IMG/VR virus record: IMGVR_UViG_3300038530_003382
Coordinates: 1 to 47,251 of that record
Origin: a virus
Taxonomy: Duplodnaviria > Caudoviricetes
Reading direction: 5' to 3' (one strand)
DNA: 47,251 nt
This document shows positions 35,560-44,433 of the stretch, piece after piece. A program made the translations under genes and the position numbers. The stretch's first letter is position 1; the number at the start of each line of letters is the position of its first letter. Below the pieces are notes generated by a model. It was not told the DNA's origin, ran no database searches, and was given only the letters and a program-made list of their open reading frames with translations.

Positions 35560-37137
35560 TTATCCCTTAAATATCCAAGAAAAATCTTTTCTTATTTTTT
35601 GTTGCTCTTCGTAACGATCTCGTAAAGAAGCTTTATATTGGCCTGGGGCTCTTGTTTCTAGCGTAGTTCGGTTAGTGGATATGCTATTTAAAAATGCTTT
35701 TTTATATTCAACGTCTTTTTGATTCTCTATTATAGCTGTGTCTCTAACCCAACAACCAATCGCAGCTGCCATAACCAAATCATCGTTATATCCGCGCTGT
35801 GCCTCTGGTCTCCCATTTTTCCAAATAAAAGTATCCAGCTCGTTTGCTAAACGTTTAGAATAAATAGTCAAAACTTTGTTTCTTATGAACTCTTCAAACT
35901 TTGCTATTATCAAAGGTCTTGTTTTGAGAGATGTAGTGAAACCAGGGACAACAGATGAATCCCCCAAAGCAGCATGTTGTTCCACATACTGATGAGTGCT
36001 TTTTTTGCTGTGGTATACATTTTTATAACCTTTTTCTAAAAGTTTTTCTAAAACGCTAAAGCCTACGTTGTTGTTTTCTACAACTAACATTGCCTCTTTG
36101 TATTCTAACCCAGTTGTATAAAGTATTTCAGAAAAAAGGTCAGACGTTGGTTTTCCTTTATACTCTGCAACTATCTCCATTGTTTGAAGCTTAAACACAT
36201 GAAAGGTGCTTGAGTCTGCTCCATCACCTCGTGCAACATCTGCAACCAACAAATAACTGTGGCCTTCTTGTGCTTCTTCCCAAATCCAAGTGTTTCTGTC
36301 AAACCCCACTCTATATTTGGGCTCCAACAAGCTTTCTTTTATTCTTAAAATATCGTCCCCATGGATCACAGTATCACCTGAAGTATTAAAGTTGCACTCA
36401 TACTCTTGTGCAATTTGACGACGAGACATGTTTTTAGTTTCTGTTTTAAACCATTCATCGTCTCTATCTGGATGTACAGACCATGGCAAATTTACTGGGA
36501 GAAACTCATTCTCTCCACTTTCAGCTCCCACAAATGTCTCATGAAACCAGTCACCTACGCCATTTGGAGTTGAGATTGCGATACAACGACCACCAGTTGA
36601 GATTGTAGGATAAAGACCAGTCCACAACTCATCAAGGCCATCGATATGTGCGGCCTCGTCGATAACAAGTAGAGATAGGGCCTCTGAACGGCCGGCATCG
36701 CCCGATGTTGATGATGCCTTAACCTGACTACCATTTGTAAGCTCGATACTATTTTTATTATCTACACTAAAGCCTGCTATCTGTAACCACGAAGGCAGGT
36801 TTTTTAAAATGGTTTTAACTTTTTTAACTAGGTTTGCTGCTGTCGCTAACTTGGTTGCAACAATAAGAACATTCTTATCTCTGTGAAAAAGAACAAGCCA
36901 AGCTACATAAGCCGCAGTAATTGTGGAAATTCCCAACTGTCTTGCTTTCAGAACAACAATAAATCTATGTAAAGCTAAATCTTCTACTAAATCTGCTTGA
37001 AAATCATAAGTTTTAAATGGAATAAGACCTTTTCCTGGGTGTGGTATTTTACAATATGTATTGATAAAATAAACGGGTTTCTTGCCCGATTTGACAACTT
37101 CTTTTACTATCTTTTCTTTTGTAAGTTTGTAAGCCAT
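35560..37137 (-). CDS. terL: terminase large subunit (gp17-like)
   Basis: KARQLGIST, LVIDEAAHI, STPNG, QEYEC, ADVARGDGADSS and DDLVMA. Confidence 0.97.
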   Translation of the reverse strand: MAYKLTKEKIVKEVVKSGKKPVYFINTYCKIPHPGKGLIPFKTYDFQADLVEDLALHRFIVVLKARQLGISTITAAYVAWLVLFHRDKNVLIVATKLATAANLVKKVKTILKNLPSWLQIAGFSVDNKNSIELTNGSQVKASSTSGDAGRSEALSLLVIDEAAHIDGLDELWTGLYPTISTGGRCIAISTPNGVGDWFHETFVGAESGENEFLPVNLPWSVHPDRDDEWFKTETKNMSRRQIAQEYECNFNTSGDTVIHGDDILRIKESLLEPKYRVGFDRNTWIWEEAQEGHSYLLVADVARGDGADSSTFHVFKLQTMEIVAEYKGKPTSDLFSEILYTTGLEYKEAMLVVENNNVGFSVLEKLLEKGYKNVYHSKKSTHQYVEQHAALGDSSVVPGFTTSLKTRPLIIAKFEEFIRNKVLTIYSKRLANELDTFIWKNGRPEAQRGYNDDLVMAAAIGCWVRDTAIIENQKDVEYKKAFLNSISTNRTTLETRAPGQYKASLRDRYEEQQKIRKDFSWIFKG

Positions 37138-37679
37138 TAATCATTTGGTCTGGTTACATTTTCGGGCTTCTTATCAGTTGATTGATCAAGAAACTTTCGA
37201 AAGTTATCTTCTAGTCTATCTGTTGAGGGCTCTCCGGCCGGCGTTACATCTTTCAGGTTTCCAACGGTATAAACTTTTGTGCTTTGTGCCCAAGTTCTTA
37301 ATTTTGACATATTTTGTAACAATAAACTGCAAGGACCTTCAGCCGTAAGGGTTAGTGTCTCGCCGGTGAGATTCTTGTATTCTTTCTTAAGAAACTTTGC
37401 AATATCAGCAAACGTTTGCTCTAATTCTTCGTCTAATTTACTATTGTGAAAAGAGGATATTGGCATCTCTGACTGATAAGAAACAATAAGTTTTGGGCCG
37501 CTCATACGTACTTTAAACCCATCTATAACTCTAGAATCGTTAAGTGCACAGCCTTTTTCACGTTTAAGACCAATAGGATCATCTTTACTATCCGTTCTAA
37601 ACCGTGCATCATGTGATCCATCATAGGCATTTGCTGCTGCTTGGTTGATTCCCTTAACAATGTCATATACTGTAGCCAT
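37137..37679 (-). CDS. hypothetical phage protein
   Basis: 180-aa ORF coupled to the terminase gene by a TAATG overlap. Confidence 0.75.
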   Translation of the reverse strand: MATVYDIVKGINQAAANAYDGSHDARFRTDSKDDPIGLKREKGCALNDSRVIDGFKVRMSGPKLIVSYQSEMPISSFHNSKLDEELEQTFADIAKFLKKEYKNLTGETLTLTAEGPCSLLLQNMSKLRTWAQSTKVYTVGNLKDVTPAGEPSTDRLEDNFRKFLDQSTDKKPENVTRPND

Positions 37680-38059
37680 TAATTTTGCTCCTTATCAGGT
37701 CGCCAGCCTTTTAACCATCTCTCTTCTCTATCCTCTACCCACTTAACATAACATTTATAACAACATTCAAATTTGTTCATGTAGAGGTCATCTCTACCAG
37801 AGAAAGAATAAGTTTCACAAACTGGGCAAACTCTGTTTATTTCTTTATTAATTAGGTTTCTAGTGATGAAAAAGCCGTCTTCATTTATTTTGTCTTCATC
37901 TTGTTTGGATTGTTCAGAATAAAATTCTTTTAAATCTTCTAAATATTGTTTTTCTTTTTCATCATCCCAACCTGATTTTGGATTGACAATGGACTCTTTT
38001 CCAAACTTTTTAGACATTGCTTTTTCTATTTTTGCAATTTGATTTAAATCTTTCTTCAT
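37679..38059 (-). CDS. putative zinc-binding hypothetical protein
   Basis: CPVC...CCYKC motif. Confidence 0.72.
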   Translation of the reverse strand: MKKDLNQIAKIEKAMSKKFGKESIVNPKSGWDDEKEKQYLEDLKEFYSEQSKQDEDKINEDGFFITRNLINKEINRVCPVCETYSFSGRDDLYMNKFECCYKCYVKWVEDREERWLKGWRPDKEQN

Positions 38060-38099
38060 TTATAACCTTATAGAAATAAACATTATTGTAACATTATAA

Positions 38100-38107
38100 T
38101 AAGTAGT
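38100..38107 (-). promoter_or_regulatory. putative late promoter motif ACTACTTA
   Basis: Directly after a terminator, upstream of the terminase operon. Confidence 0.55.
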
Positions 38108-38115
38108 TTTTAACG

Positions 38116-38144
38116 AAAAAGGGAAAGACCCGAAGGTCTTTCCC
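38116..38144 (-). terminator. Rho-independent terminator with UUCG tetraloop
   Basis: GGGAAAGACC-TTCG-GGTCTTTCCC-TTTTT after the long tail fibre gene. Confidence 0.9.
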
Positions 38145-38171
38145 CAGAGAACCTATACTAAAAGTAAAAGA

Positions 38172-41066
38172 TTACTTGTCCTCTAATTGCTTCTTAAGTG
38201 AAGCGATCTGTGCGGACTGCTCTTGGATAGCAGAAACAAGGATAGCGGATAGACGACCGTAATCGACACCGTAGAGTCCTTCTTCTGAACCGTGAACAGC
38301 TTGTGGTACAACTTGCTTAAGCTCTTGCGCCATGAAACCGAAGTCTCTGGAGCCGTCCTTCTTCCAAGTGAAGTTAACAGCCTTAAGGTTGTTAACAGTC
38401 TCAAGACCACCCTTAATTGGGGAAACATCAGTCTTGAGTCTTTCATCAGAGTAAGTGACAAAAGCAGCAGCACGAACTTTGTTCTTGTTGTTTGAACCAT
38501 CAGCAACGTCAATCGCAAACTCACCAGTGGCATCACCACCTAAAGTTAAGTGCGTTGCACCAGAACTGTCAGTGAACTTAAGAGTGTGATCTGCAGCGGT
38601 GTACTTTAACAACTCGTTGGCTGCGGCGCCGTGTAAAGATACATCTTTACCAGAGCCATCTGCGCCGAATACACTCGTGTCATTGAAGTGAAGACCAGAA
38701 GAACCACCATCAAATCTAACCACGTTAGCAGCAGATATGAACGAGATGCTACCATCATCGTCATTACCAAAAACAAGAGCTTGATCATCAGCGACAAGAC
38801 CACCTTGGCTTAAAACAAGTTCTTTACCAGCAGTAATCTCTTCTTGGCCATCTGTAGTGACAAATTTCAAGTAAGAGTTTGCGCCCTCTAAAACATCAAG
38901 CGCAGCTGCGCGGTTGTCTGTAAGTGAAATAACCACATCGTTGGCGTCGGCTGCAATAGTATCAAGTAAAATGCGACCAACGTTAGTGATGTTACCATCA
39001 TTAACATTTAATGAAGTGAAGCTACCTGCGCCGGCCTCAAGACCATAGCCATTGAAGTTAGCAGAACCACTGAACGAAAGGCCGTTTGCACCTGAACCAG
39101 AAATCTCAAATACATCAGCACTAGAAACATATCCTAAAGAACCTGATGCACCTGAATCGCCTTCATCAGTAGCAAAACTAAATTTCTTATCATCATCCAT
39201 GTTTGCACCAGCTTGGAACTCAAACTCTTTCTTAGCAAAGATACCTTCGAAGCCATTTGAAGTATCAAACTGTAAGTATACGTTCGAACCTTCTTTGATT
39301 TCTAGAGCAGTCTCGCTATTGTCTGACATAACAAGATCAATATCTGTGCCATCAGCAGAAATGCTATCAAGAGCAATGTCACCAACGTTAGTAATGTTAC
39401 CATCACTAACGCTTAATGAAGTGACAGTGGCTGCTTCGAAATTAACTTGACCAGCCTCGATACCATATTTGGCGCCTGCTGGACCACTAAGGCTTAAAGA
39501 TCCACTAATGTTAACACCGTTAGCAGTGCTACCAGAAATCTCAAAAACATCAGCGTTAGAAACATATTTTAAAGAGCCCGAAAAGCCAGTGCCACCCTCA
39601 TCAGCGGCGAAAGCGACTATCTTGTCATCAACCATATGAATTTCTTCTCTAACATCAATATTCTTATTAAACTGAACTCTTTCTTCGCCATTTGCAGTAA
39701 CTAGAGTTAAGTATGAACCGAACCCAGCCTCTGAGAATGACAAAGCAGCAGAGCGATTATCTGTAAGAGAAACAGTAATATCATTTCCATCAGCAGAAAT
39801 ACTGTCGAGAGCGATATCGCCAACATTTGTGATGTTACCATCGGTAACGCTTAATGAAGTAACAGTAGATGCGCCGGCGCTAAACGTGCCAACACCAGTG
39901 ATGTTTTGGCTGTTTGCATCGAGTGCCTCACCTAGTTGATCGATGTATGCAGCACCGTCGATGTAAAGATCTTTGAATTGTGCACCAGAAGCGCCCAAGT
40001 CAACGTCGTTATTCGTCTCTGGACGAAGAACACCGTCTTGCAGGCGAACCTCGGTGGTGCCACCAATGTTGAAATCTAGAGCGGTGTTTGCATGATCATA
40101 AAGAACAGAAGCGTGACCAGCGCTGTTTGCGCCACCACCAATTCGAAGACCACCACCATCTGCGTTGGCCGACGAAGCAGAAACAGCAGAAACAATTCTT
40201 CTATCCGAAACTTCTAGATCAGTAGCGGTTGTTGTTACACTATTAATAGTATCAACATCAAGAGTACCAATCTTAGCGCGAGAAGCAGTTAGGTGAGTAA
40301 TCGTGCCGACTGCACCATTTGCGTCAAGAACAAGAGCCTTGCTTGCAGCAGCGGTACCAGCGGTAACGCCATCAAGATAGCCAAGCTCTGTAGCATCAAC
40401 AGTTACAGCATCAAGCGTGAAGCTTGTATCAGCAGAAAGTGTACCGTTGACAGCAAGGGCACCATCAGATAGCGTCATTAGATCAGTGTCAGAATCACAA
40501 CCAATATTTGATCCATCATCAACTGCTAGTGACTTAAGTGCAGTGTCACCATCTGCATCAACTGTGAAACCAGTCATCGTGATAGTACCAGCGGTCATAT
40601 CACCAGTCATGGTTACATTGCGAAGGCCACTAATGTCTACGTTAGCATCAGCAACTAAAGCCTTGTTAGCTGCAGCAGTACCATTGGTAATGCCGTCAAG
40701 CTTCTCAAGGTCAGTCTCATCCATATCGGCAGAACCAATAATAAATGAACCTTCTGCTGTAACGTTACGGAAGCCAGAAGCGTCTTTGCTGGCGTCAACA
40801 ACGACTGCTTTATTGGCTGCGACAGTACCATTGGTGATACCGTCTAATTTTTCGAGGTCAGCTTCACTCATGTCGGCCGAACCGATGATGAATGAACCTA
40901 CAGCGGTAACACTACCAGCTGCGCTAATACCTACGTTTGTATGAAGTTTCTCGGCTGCATCAGAGCCGGAAAGGTAAATCGAACCAGATTTCTCTGGTTG
41001 CGTACCCGTAAAATTTTGTAAGTCAATAAACTTTCCATATTCACTTACTGTAGCGGGACTAGACAT
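38172..41066 (-). CDS. tail fibre/spike with C-terminal peptidase S74 intramolecular chaperone
   Basis: Gly/Ala/Ser/Asp-rich internal repeats; TYSDERLKTDV...FTWK...GFMAQEL...VDYGRL followed by a coiled coil. Confidence 0.85.
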   Translation of the reverse strand: MSSPATVSEYGKFIDLQNFTGTQPEKSGSIYLSGSDAAEKLHTNVGISAAGSVTAVGSFIIGSADMSEADLEKLDGITNGTVAANKAVVVDASKDASGFRNVTAEGSFIIGSADMDETDLEKLDGITNGTAAANKALVADANVDISGLRNVTMTGDMTAGTITMTGFTVDADGDTALKSLAVDDGSNIGCDSDTDLMTLSDGALAVNGTLSADTSFTLDAVTVDATELGYLDGVTAGTAAASKALVLDANGAVGTITHLTASRAKIGTLDVDTINSVTTTATDLEVSDRRIVSAVSASSANADGGGLRIGGGANSAGHASVLYDHANTALDFNIGGTTEVRLQDGVLRPETNNDVDLGASGAQFKDLYIDGAAYIDQLGEALDANSQNITGVGTFSAGASTVTSLSVTDGNITNVGDIALDSISADGNDITVSLTDNRSAALSFSEAGFGSYLTLVTANGEERVQFNKNIDVREEIHMVDDKIVAFAADEGGTGFSGSLKYVSNADVFEISGSTANGVNISGSLSLSGPAGAKYGIEAGQVNFEAATVTSLSVSDGNITNVGDIALDSISADGTDIDLVMSDNSETALEIKEGSNVYLQFDTSNGFEGIFAKKEFEFQAGANMDDDKKFSFATDEGDSGASGSLGYVSSADVFEISGSGANGLSFSGSANFNGYGLEAGAGSFTSLNVNDGNITNVGRILLDTIAADANDVVISLTDNRAAALDVLEGANSYLKFVTTDGQEEITAGKELVLSQGGLVADDQALVFGNDDDGSISFISAANVVRFDGGSSGLHFNDTSVFGADGSGKDVSLHGAAANELLKYTAADHTLKFTDSSGATHLTLGGDATGEFAIDVADGSNNKNKVRAAAFVTYSDERLKTDVSPIKGGLETVNNLKAVNFTWKKDGSRDFGFMAQELKQVVPQAVHGSEEGLYGVDYGRLSAILVSAIQEQSAQIASLKKQLEDK

Positions 41067-41126
41067 ATTTTAAAATCCTCCTTATAAGTCTATATACCAG
41101 GTGGTACGAAATCACACCTAGTTAGA

Positions 41127-41134
41127 TAAATAGA
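41127..41134 (-). promoter_or_regulatory. putative late promoter motif TCTATTTA
   Basis: Intergenic, upstream of the long tail fibre gene. Confidence 0.45.
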
Positions 41135-41137
41135 CTT

Positions 41138-42109
41138 TTAAGTCGGTTCAGTCCCTTGTTTTAAGCACTTTATTTCAGCTTTTAAATTATCTATTTGTTT
41201 TTGTTGAAATTTAATTCCTTCTAAAAGAAAAGGTATAATTCTAGTATAATCCATACTCATAGCTTGAGGAGAGTTTTTTGTACTTTCGTTGTCCCATTCT
41301 ACGATAATAGGTAGTTCTTTACCTACCTCTTCAGCAATAAACCCATAATCTTTTTGATTATTTTTTTTCCACGTAAATGTAACACCGCGAAGGCTTTTGA
41401 TTATTTCTATGGGTTTTTCAATAACTTCTACGTTTTTCTTAAGACGTTGAGAAGAATAGGTCATATAAGCATTCGCTTTAATTTTTCCACTATTATCTGC
41501 TACATCTGGTAGGGTTATACCATGAGTTACATCGCCAATTGGCATCCCTACGCCTATTTTTTGATCTACATAAACAGCAGATCCCGAAAGAACAATGCCA
41601 TTTGTTGAGCCAGATATTTCTAAATAGTTGTTTGATGAGGCAGCAAATACAATGTGAGAGTCGTTATCATCTCCAAGGAAAAGTTTAACATCATCTCCAA
41701 ATTTCATACTAGGTGAAGTACCGTCTGAATCTGGGACCATTTCAATAGCACCACCAATTTTAAGAGGTGAAGCTCCCTCTAAGACGCCCCGTATTTGTAC
41801 GGTGCTGCCCGATAGCACAATACCTTCCGAGGAACCTGAAATAACTAAAAAGTCGTCACCATTTTCATTATATTCAATATGAGCATCATCATTTGTGCCA
41901 AATATTAATTTTGTATCATCAGCTATTTTTAAGTTTGTATCATCAAAGGTGAATGGAGTGACCGCGCCGAAAGATCCACCATTATTAAATTGTATCTGAT
42001 TATCTGAGCCTGCAGGGTTAGTGACGCCATCGCTCTGGTCGACTACTTGCTCTATTATGAGTTCGAGTTTTTTTCTAGAATACTTGCCAATGCTAGATCT
42101 GCTCGACAT
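41138..42109 (-). CDS. short tail fibre with peptidase S74 chaperone domain
   Basis: GSDNQIQFN..G.F motif; TYSSQRLKKN...GVTFTWK...GFIAEEV...MDY. Confidence 0.82.
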   Translation of the reverse strand: MSSRSSIGKYSRKKLELIIEQVVDQSDGVTNPAGSDNQIQFNNGGSFGAVTPFTFDDTNLKIADDTKLIFGTNDDAHIEYNENGDDFLVISGSSEGIVLSGSTVQIRGVLEGASPLKIGGAIEMVPDSDGTSPSMKFGDDVKLFLGDDNDSHIVFAASSNNYLEISGSTNGIVLSGSAVYVDQKIGVGMPIGDVTHGITLPDVADNSGKIKANAYMTYSSQRLKKNVEVIEKPIEIIKSLRGVTFTWKKNNQKDYGFIAEEVGKELPIIVEWDNESTKNSPQAMSMDYTRIIPFLLEGIKFQQKQIDNLKAEIKCLKQGTEPT

Positions 42110-42570
42110 TACCTACCAGTTCCTGCATCCACTGCATAAACGACGGCAATAGTTAGACCAATACCAACAAGTGCTCCGCCAACGGCCCACCAAGTTGTAT
42201 AATCTTCTTTACCGGCTGCTAGTTTTGATAATCTTTTTATCTCATCATCTTTAAGTTTCATCAAGGTGGTGTGTTTTTCTTGTAGAGCATCTAGACTAGC
42301 TTTTTGAGATTGTATGGTGAGATCTAGTTTTGCTTTTTGTTTGCCTAACTCGTATTGAAGCTTAAGATCAAACTGCTCTTTCAGATACTTTTTATCTGAA
42401 AATATTCTTGCTGCAGCTATGTTATCTAATAATACACCAGTATAAGGTGCATGTTCGCCCTTTGATAGTCCAGTTATCTTGCCTTTTGGAATAGGAGTGT
42501 CTTCCGCAAGGCATACGGGTGCATATGCTAATGAAAAACAAAGAATCAAAGATATTATTTTATTCCACAT
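42109..42570 (-). CDS. exported coiled-coil protein with C-terminal hydrophobic helix (possible spanin component)
   Basis: Signal peptide, APYTGVLL motif, coiled coil, and WWAVGGALVGIGLTIAVVYAV. Confidence 0.5.
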   Translation of the reverse strand: MWNKIISLILCFSLAYAPVCLAEDTPIPKGKITGLSKGEHAPYTGVLLDNIAAARIFSDKKYLKEQFDLKLQYELGKQKAKLDLTIQSQKASLDALQEKHTTLMKLKDDEIKRLSKLAAGKEDYTTWWAVGGALVGIGLTIAVVYAVDAGTGR

Positions 42571-42964
42571 AATCTATTCCATACCTCTCAGCTAAAATTT
42601 TTGCCAAATCATCTGGCCTGTCATTAAACTCTTTTACTATCTTTTTTATCTCTTTCTTCTTTTTAGTATCTAGCTTCATATTTTTTTCTTCGTAGTCTTT
42701 TTCTAGCTGGGTTAGAACATTATCATAATTTTTTAATATTTGATCTCGTGCCTCTATTTCTTTTTTATGAGCCTCTTCTATTGTTTTTATTTGACTTTCA
42801 TAACTTTTTGATCTAATTTCTAAAACTTTTAAGGCTCCTGCTTTATTTTTAAACAAAAACCAAAGAACTAGAGTGTATACAATAACAGCAGGAACGTACC
42901 AGTTGTGTCTCAACCAAGTCCAAGTTTTTTTCAAAGTTGACTTTAAAGTCAATAAAGTTAACAT
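42560..42964 (-). CDS. membrane-anchored coiled-coil protein (i-spanin-like)
   Basis: N-terminal TM WYVPAVIVYTLVLWFLF followed by a charged coiled coil; ATG at 42964 overlaps the holin stop (TAATG). Confidence 0.55.
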   Translation of the reverse strand: MLTLLTLKSTLKKTWTWLRHNWYVPAVIVYTLVLWFLFKNKAGALKVLEIRSKSYESQIKTIEEAHKKEIEARDQILKNYDNVLTQLEKDYEEKNMKLDTKKKKEIKKIVKEFNDRPDDLAKILAERYGIDYVE

Positions 42965-43182
42965 TACTTTCCATGCTTCCACGTTGCAGCTATATCCGCG
43001 ATTCCTTGGATACCAATATAAGCAAGTGAGACAGCCACCCAGTCTTCACTGGTTAAAGCACCACCCACTAACATAAAATAAGTAGCAGTCATCCAGACCA
43101 TAAGCTTTCTTGAAAGTAATCTTCCTATTGTTTTATCTAAAAAAGGTTTAACTTGTTTAGCTTGTTTTTGAATCTCTGTCAT
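42964..43182 (-). CDS. putative holin
   Basis: 72 aa with two hydrophobic segments and an SRKL..W...W......YIG.QG..D pattern. Confidence 0.6.
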   Translation of the reverse strand: MTEIQKQAKQVKPFLDKTIGRLLSRKLMVWMTATYFMLVGGALTSEDWVAVSLAYIGIQGIADIAATWKHGK

Positions 43183-43192
43183 TTTTTATCTC

Positions 43193-44425
43193 CTATGTCT
43201 CGTTTTTGTAGGGTTTGCCTCCTGTCACTTTGCCTCTTAATGTAGGTACACCAGGAATTGTTATAAAGTATGGCGCTTGTCTATTTTCTGATGCGCGAGG
43301 AAATCTTTGTGTTTTTAGTTTATTAGCAGTGGCTCTAATTTCAAAGGCGTTTGATCCAAATTTTTGACTAAATGTTTCAGGGTTATCATCATCTTGCCAG
43401 TATGGTGGTATTGTTTCGAAGGCGCCCATGTCAAAGCCAGCACCCTGGGGCCTAAATGTACCCACAATATCTACGGCGATGCTGTTAAAGGCTACACCTT
43501 CATCAATACCTCGCGATCCTTCAGCCAAGGCATAGTTTTGCACAACAGAAAAAGTATTACCTTTTGACGTGCCATCTACAAAAGTTGGTGCTACGGTGAT
43601 ATCTCCGCTGCCGGCAGAAGAGTTCGAATTATCAGCAAAATTGCGGAAGGCGGCACCTTCAACATCAACTAGGTTATTTGAGTGTTCGTTTGCTGCAATC
43701 CCTCTTATACTTGCAGAGTTCGCGTTAGTAACACTAGCGGTAACTACACAATTAACTACCTTGCCCCATCTAACCACTGGGAAAGAATTACCTGGGCCGT
43801 AATCTTGATGAAAAAAAGTACAAAAGCTAGCAGTGGCACTTAACTGATAGCTGCGTGCTATATTAGTGCCAAGATTACTAGCGCTAAAAAAACAATTTTC
43901 CATTTCCACTACGCCATTATTGGTGAAAGGGATAGTGCTGCTTCCGCCACCATTAAACATAAAAGCAGATTGTTTTATACGAGCCGGCTTTGAAACCGTT
44001 CCGGCTAAGTTGGCATTACCAAATCTGGGCACATTTTCAAAAAAACAATCTGTGACAGTAAGACCTTCGCCGTCATTATCTTGTAATGCGGAGATCGTAG
44101 TATTTGTCAGATGTAGCCCATTCAACGTTATGTCATCCTTCGCATCAAGATCAAAAACATAGCTTTGCCCACCAGCATCAATCTTGGGGCGCCCAAGAGA
44201 AAAACTACCAGTATGTGTTATTGTGATGTTATTGGCTCGAACTAGAAGTTTTGGAGATACATTTGAGCTTTCAAAATATGTTTCTTGGTCGGTTATCTCA
44301 ACAATATCTCCGTCACTACTAGCTGAAAACATTGCACTCCCAATTGTTTTAAAAGGGCGCGAAGGGTCGTCTTCTGCTCCCGTGCTATCATCGCCACTAC
44401 CACTGTTAACGTAATATGTACCCAT
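43193..44425 (-). CDS. right-handed beta-helix (pectin lyase-like) protein with choice-of-anchor Q-like C-terminal motif
   Basis: YYVNSGSGDD.....PFKTIGSA at the N-terminus; GSRGIDEG...DIVGTFRPQGAGFDMGAFE. Confidence 0.7.
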   Translation of the reverse strand: MGTYYVNSGSGDDSTGAEDDPSRPFKTIGSAMFSASSDGDIVEITDQETYFESSNVSPKLLVRANNITITHTGSFSLGRPKIDAGGQSYVFDLDAKDDITLNGLHLTNTTISALQDNDGEGLTVTDCFFENVPRFGNANLAGTVSKPARIKQSAFMFNGGGSSTIPFTNNGVVEMENCFFSASNLGTNIARSYQLSATASFCTFFHQDYGPGNSFPVVRWGKVVNCVVTASVTNANSASIRGIAANEHSNNLVDVEGAAFRNFADNSNSSAGSGDITVAPTFVDGTSKGNTFSVVQNYALAEGSRGIDEGVAFNSIAVDIVGTFRPQGAGFDMGAFETIPPYWQDDDNPETFSQKFGSNAFEIRATANKLKTQRFPRASENRQAPYFITIPGVPTLRGKVTGGKPYKNET

Positions 44426-44433
44426 TTAGAACC

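Noticed and set aside
38093-38121. TATAAT upstream of the terminase operon as a sigma70 promoter
   Set aside because: No plausible -35 element at 17 nt spacing; the adjacent ACTACTTA motif is a better explanation.
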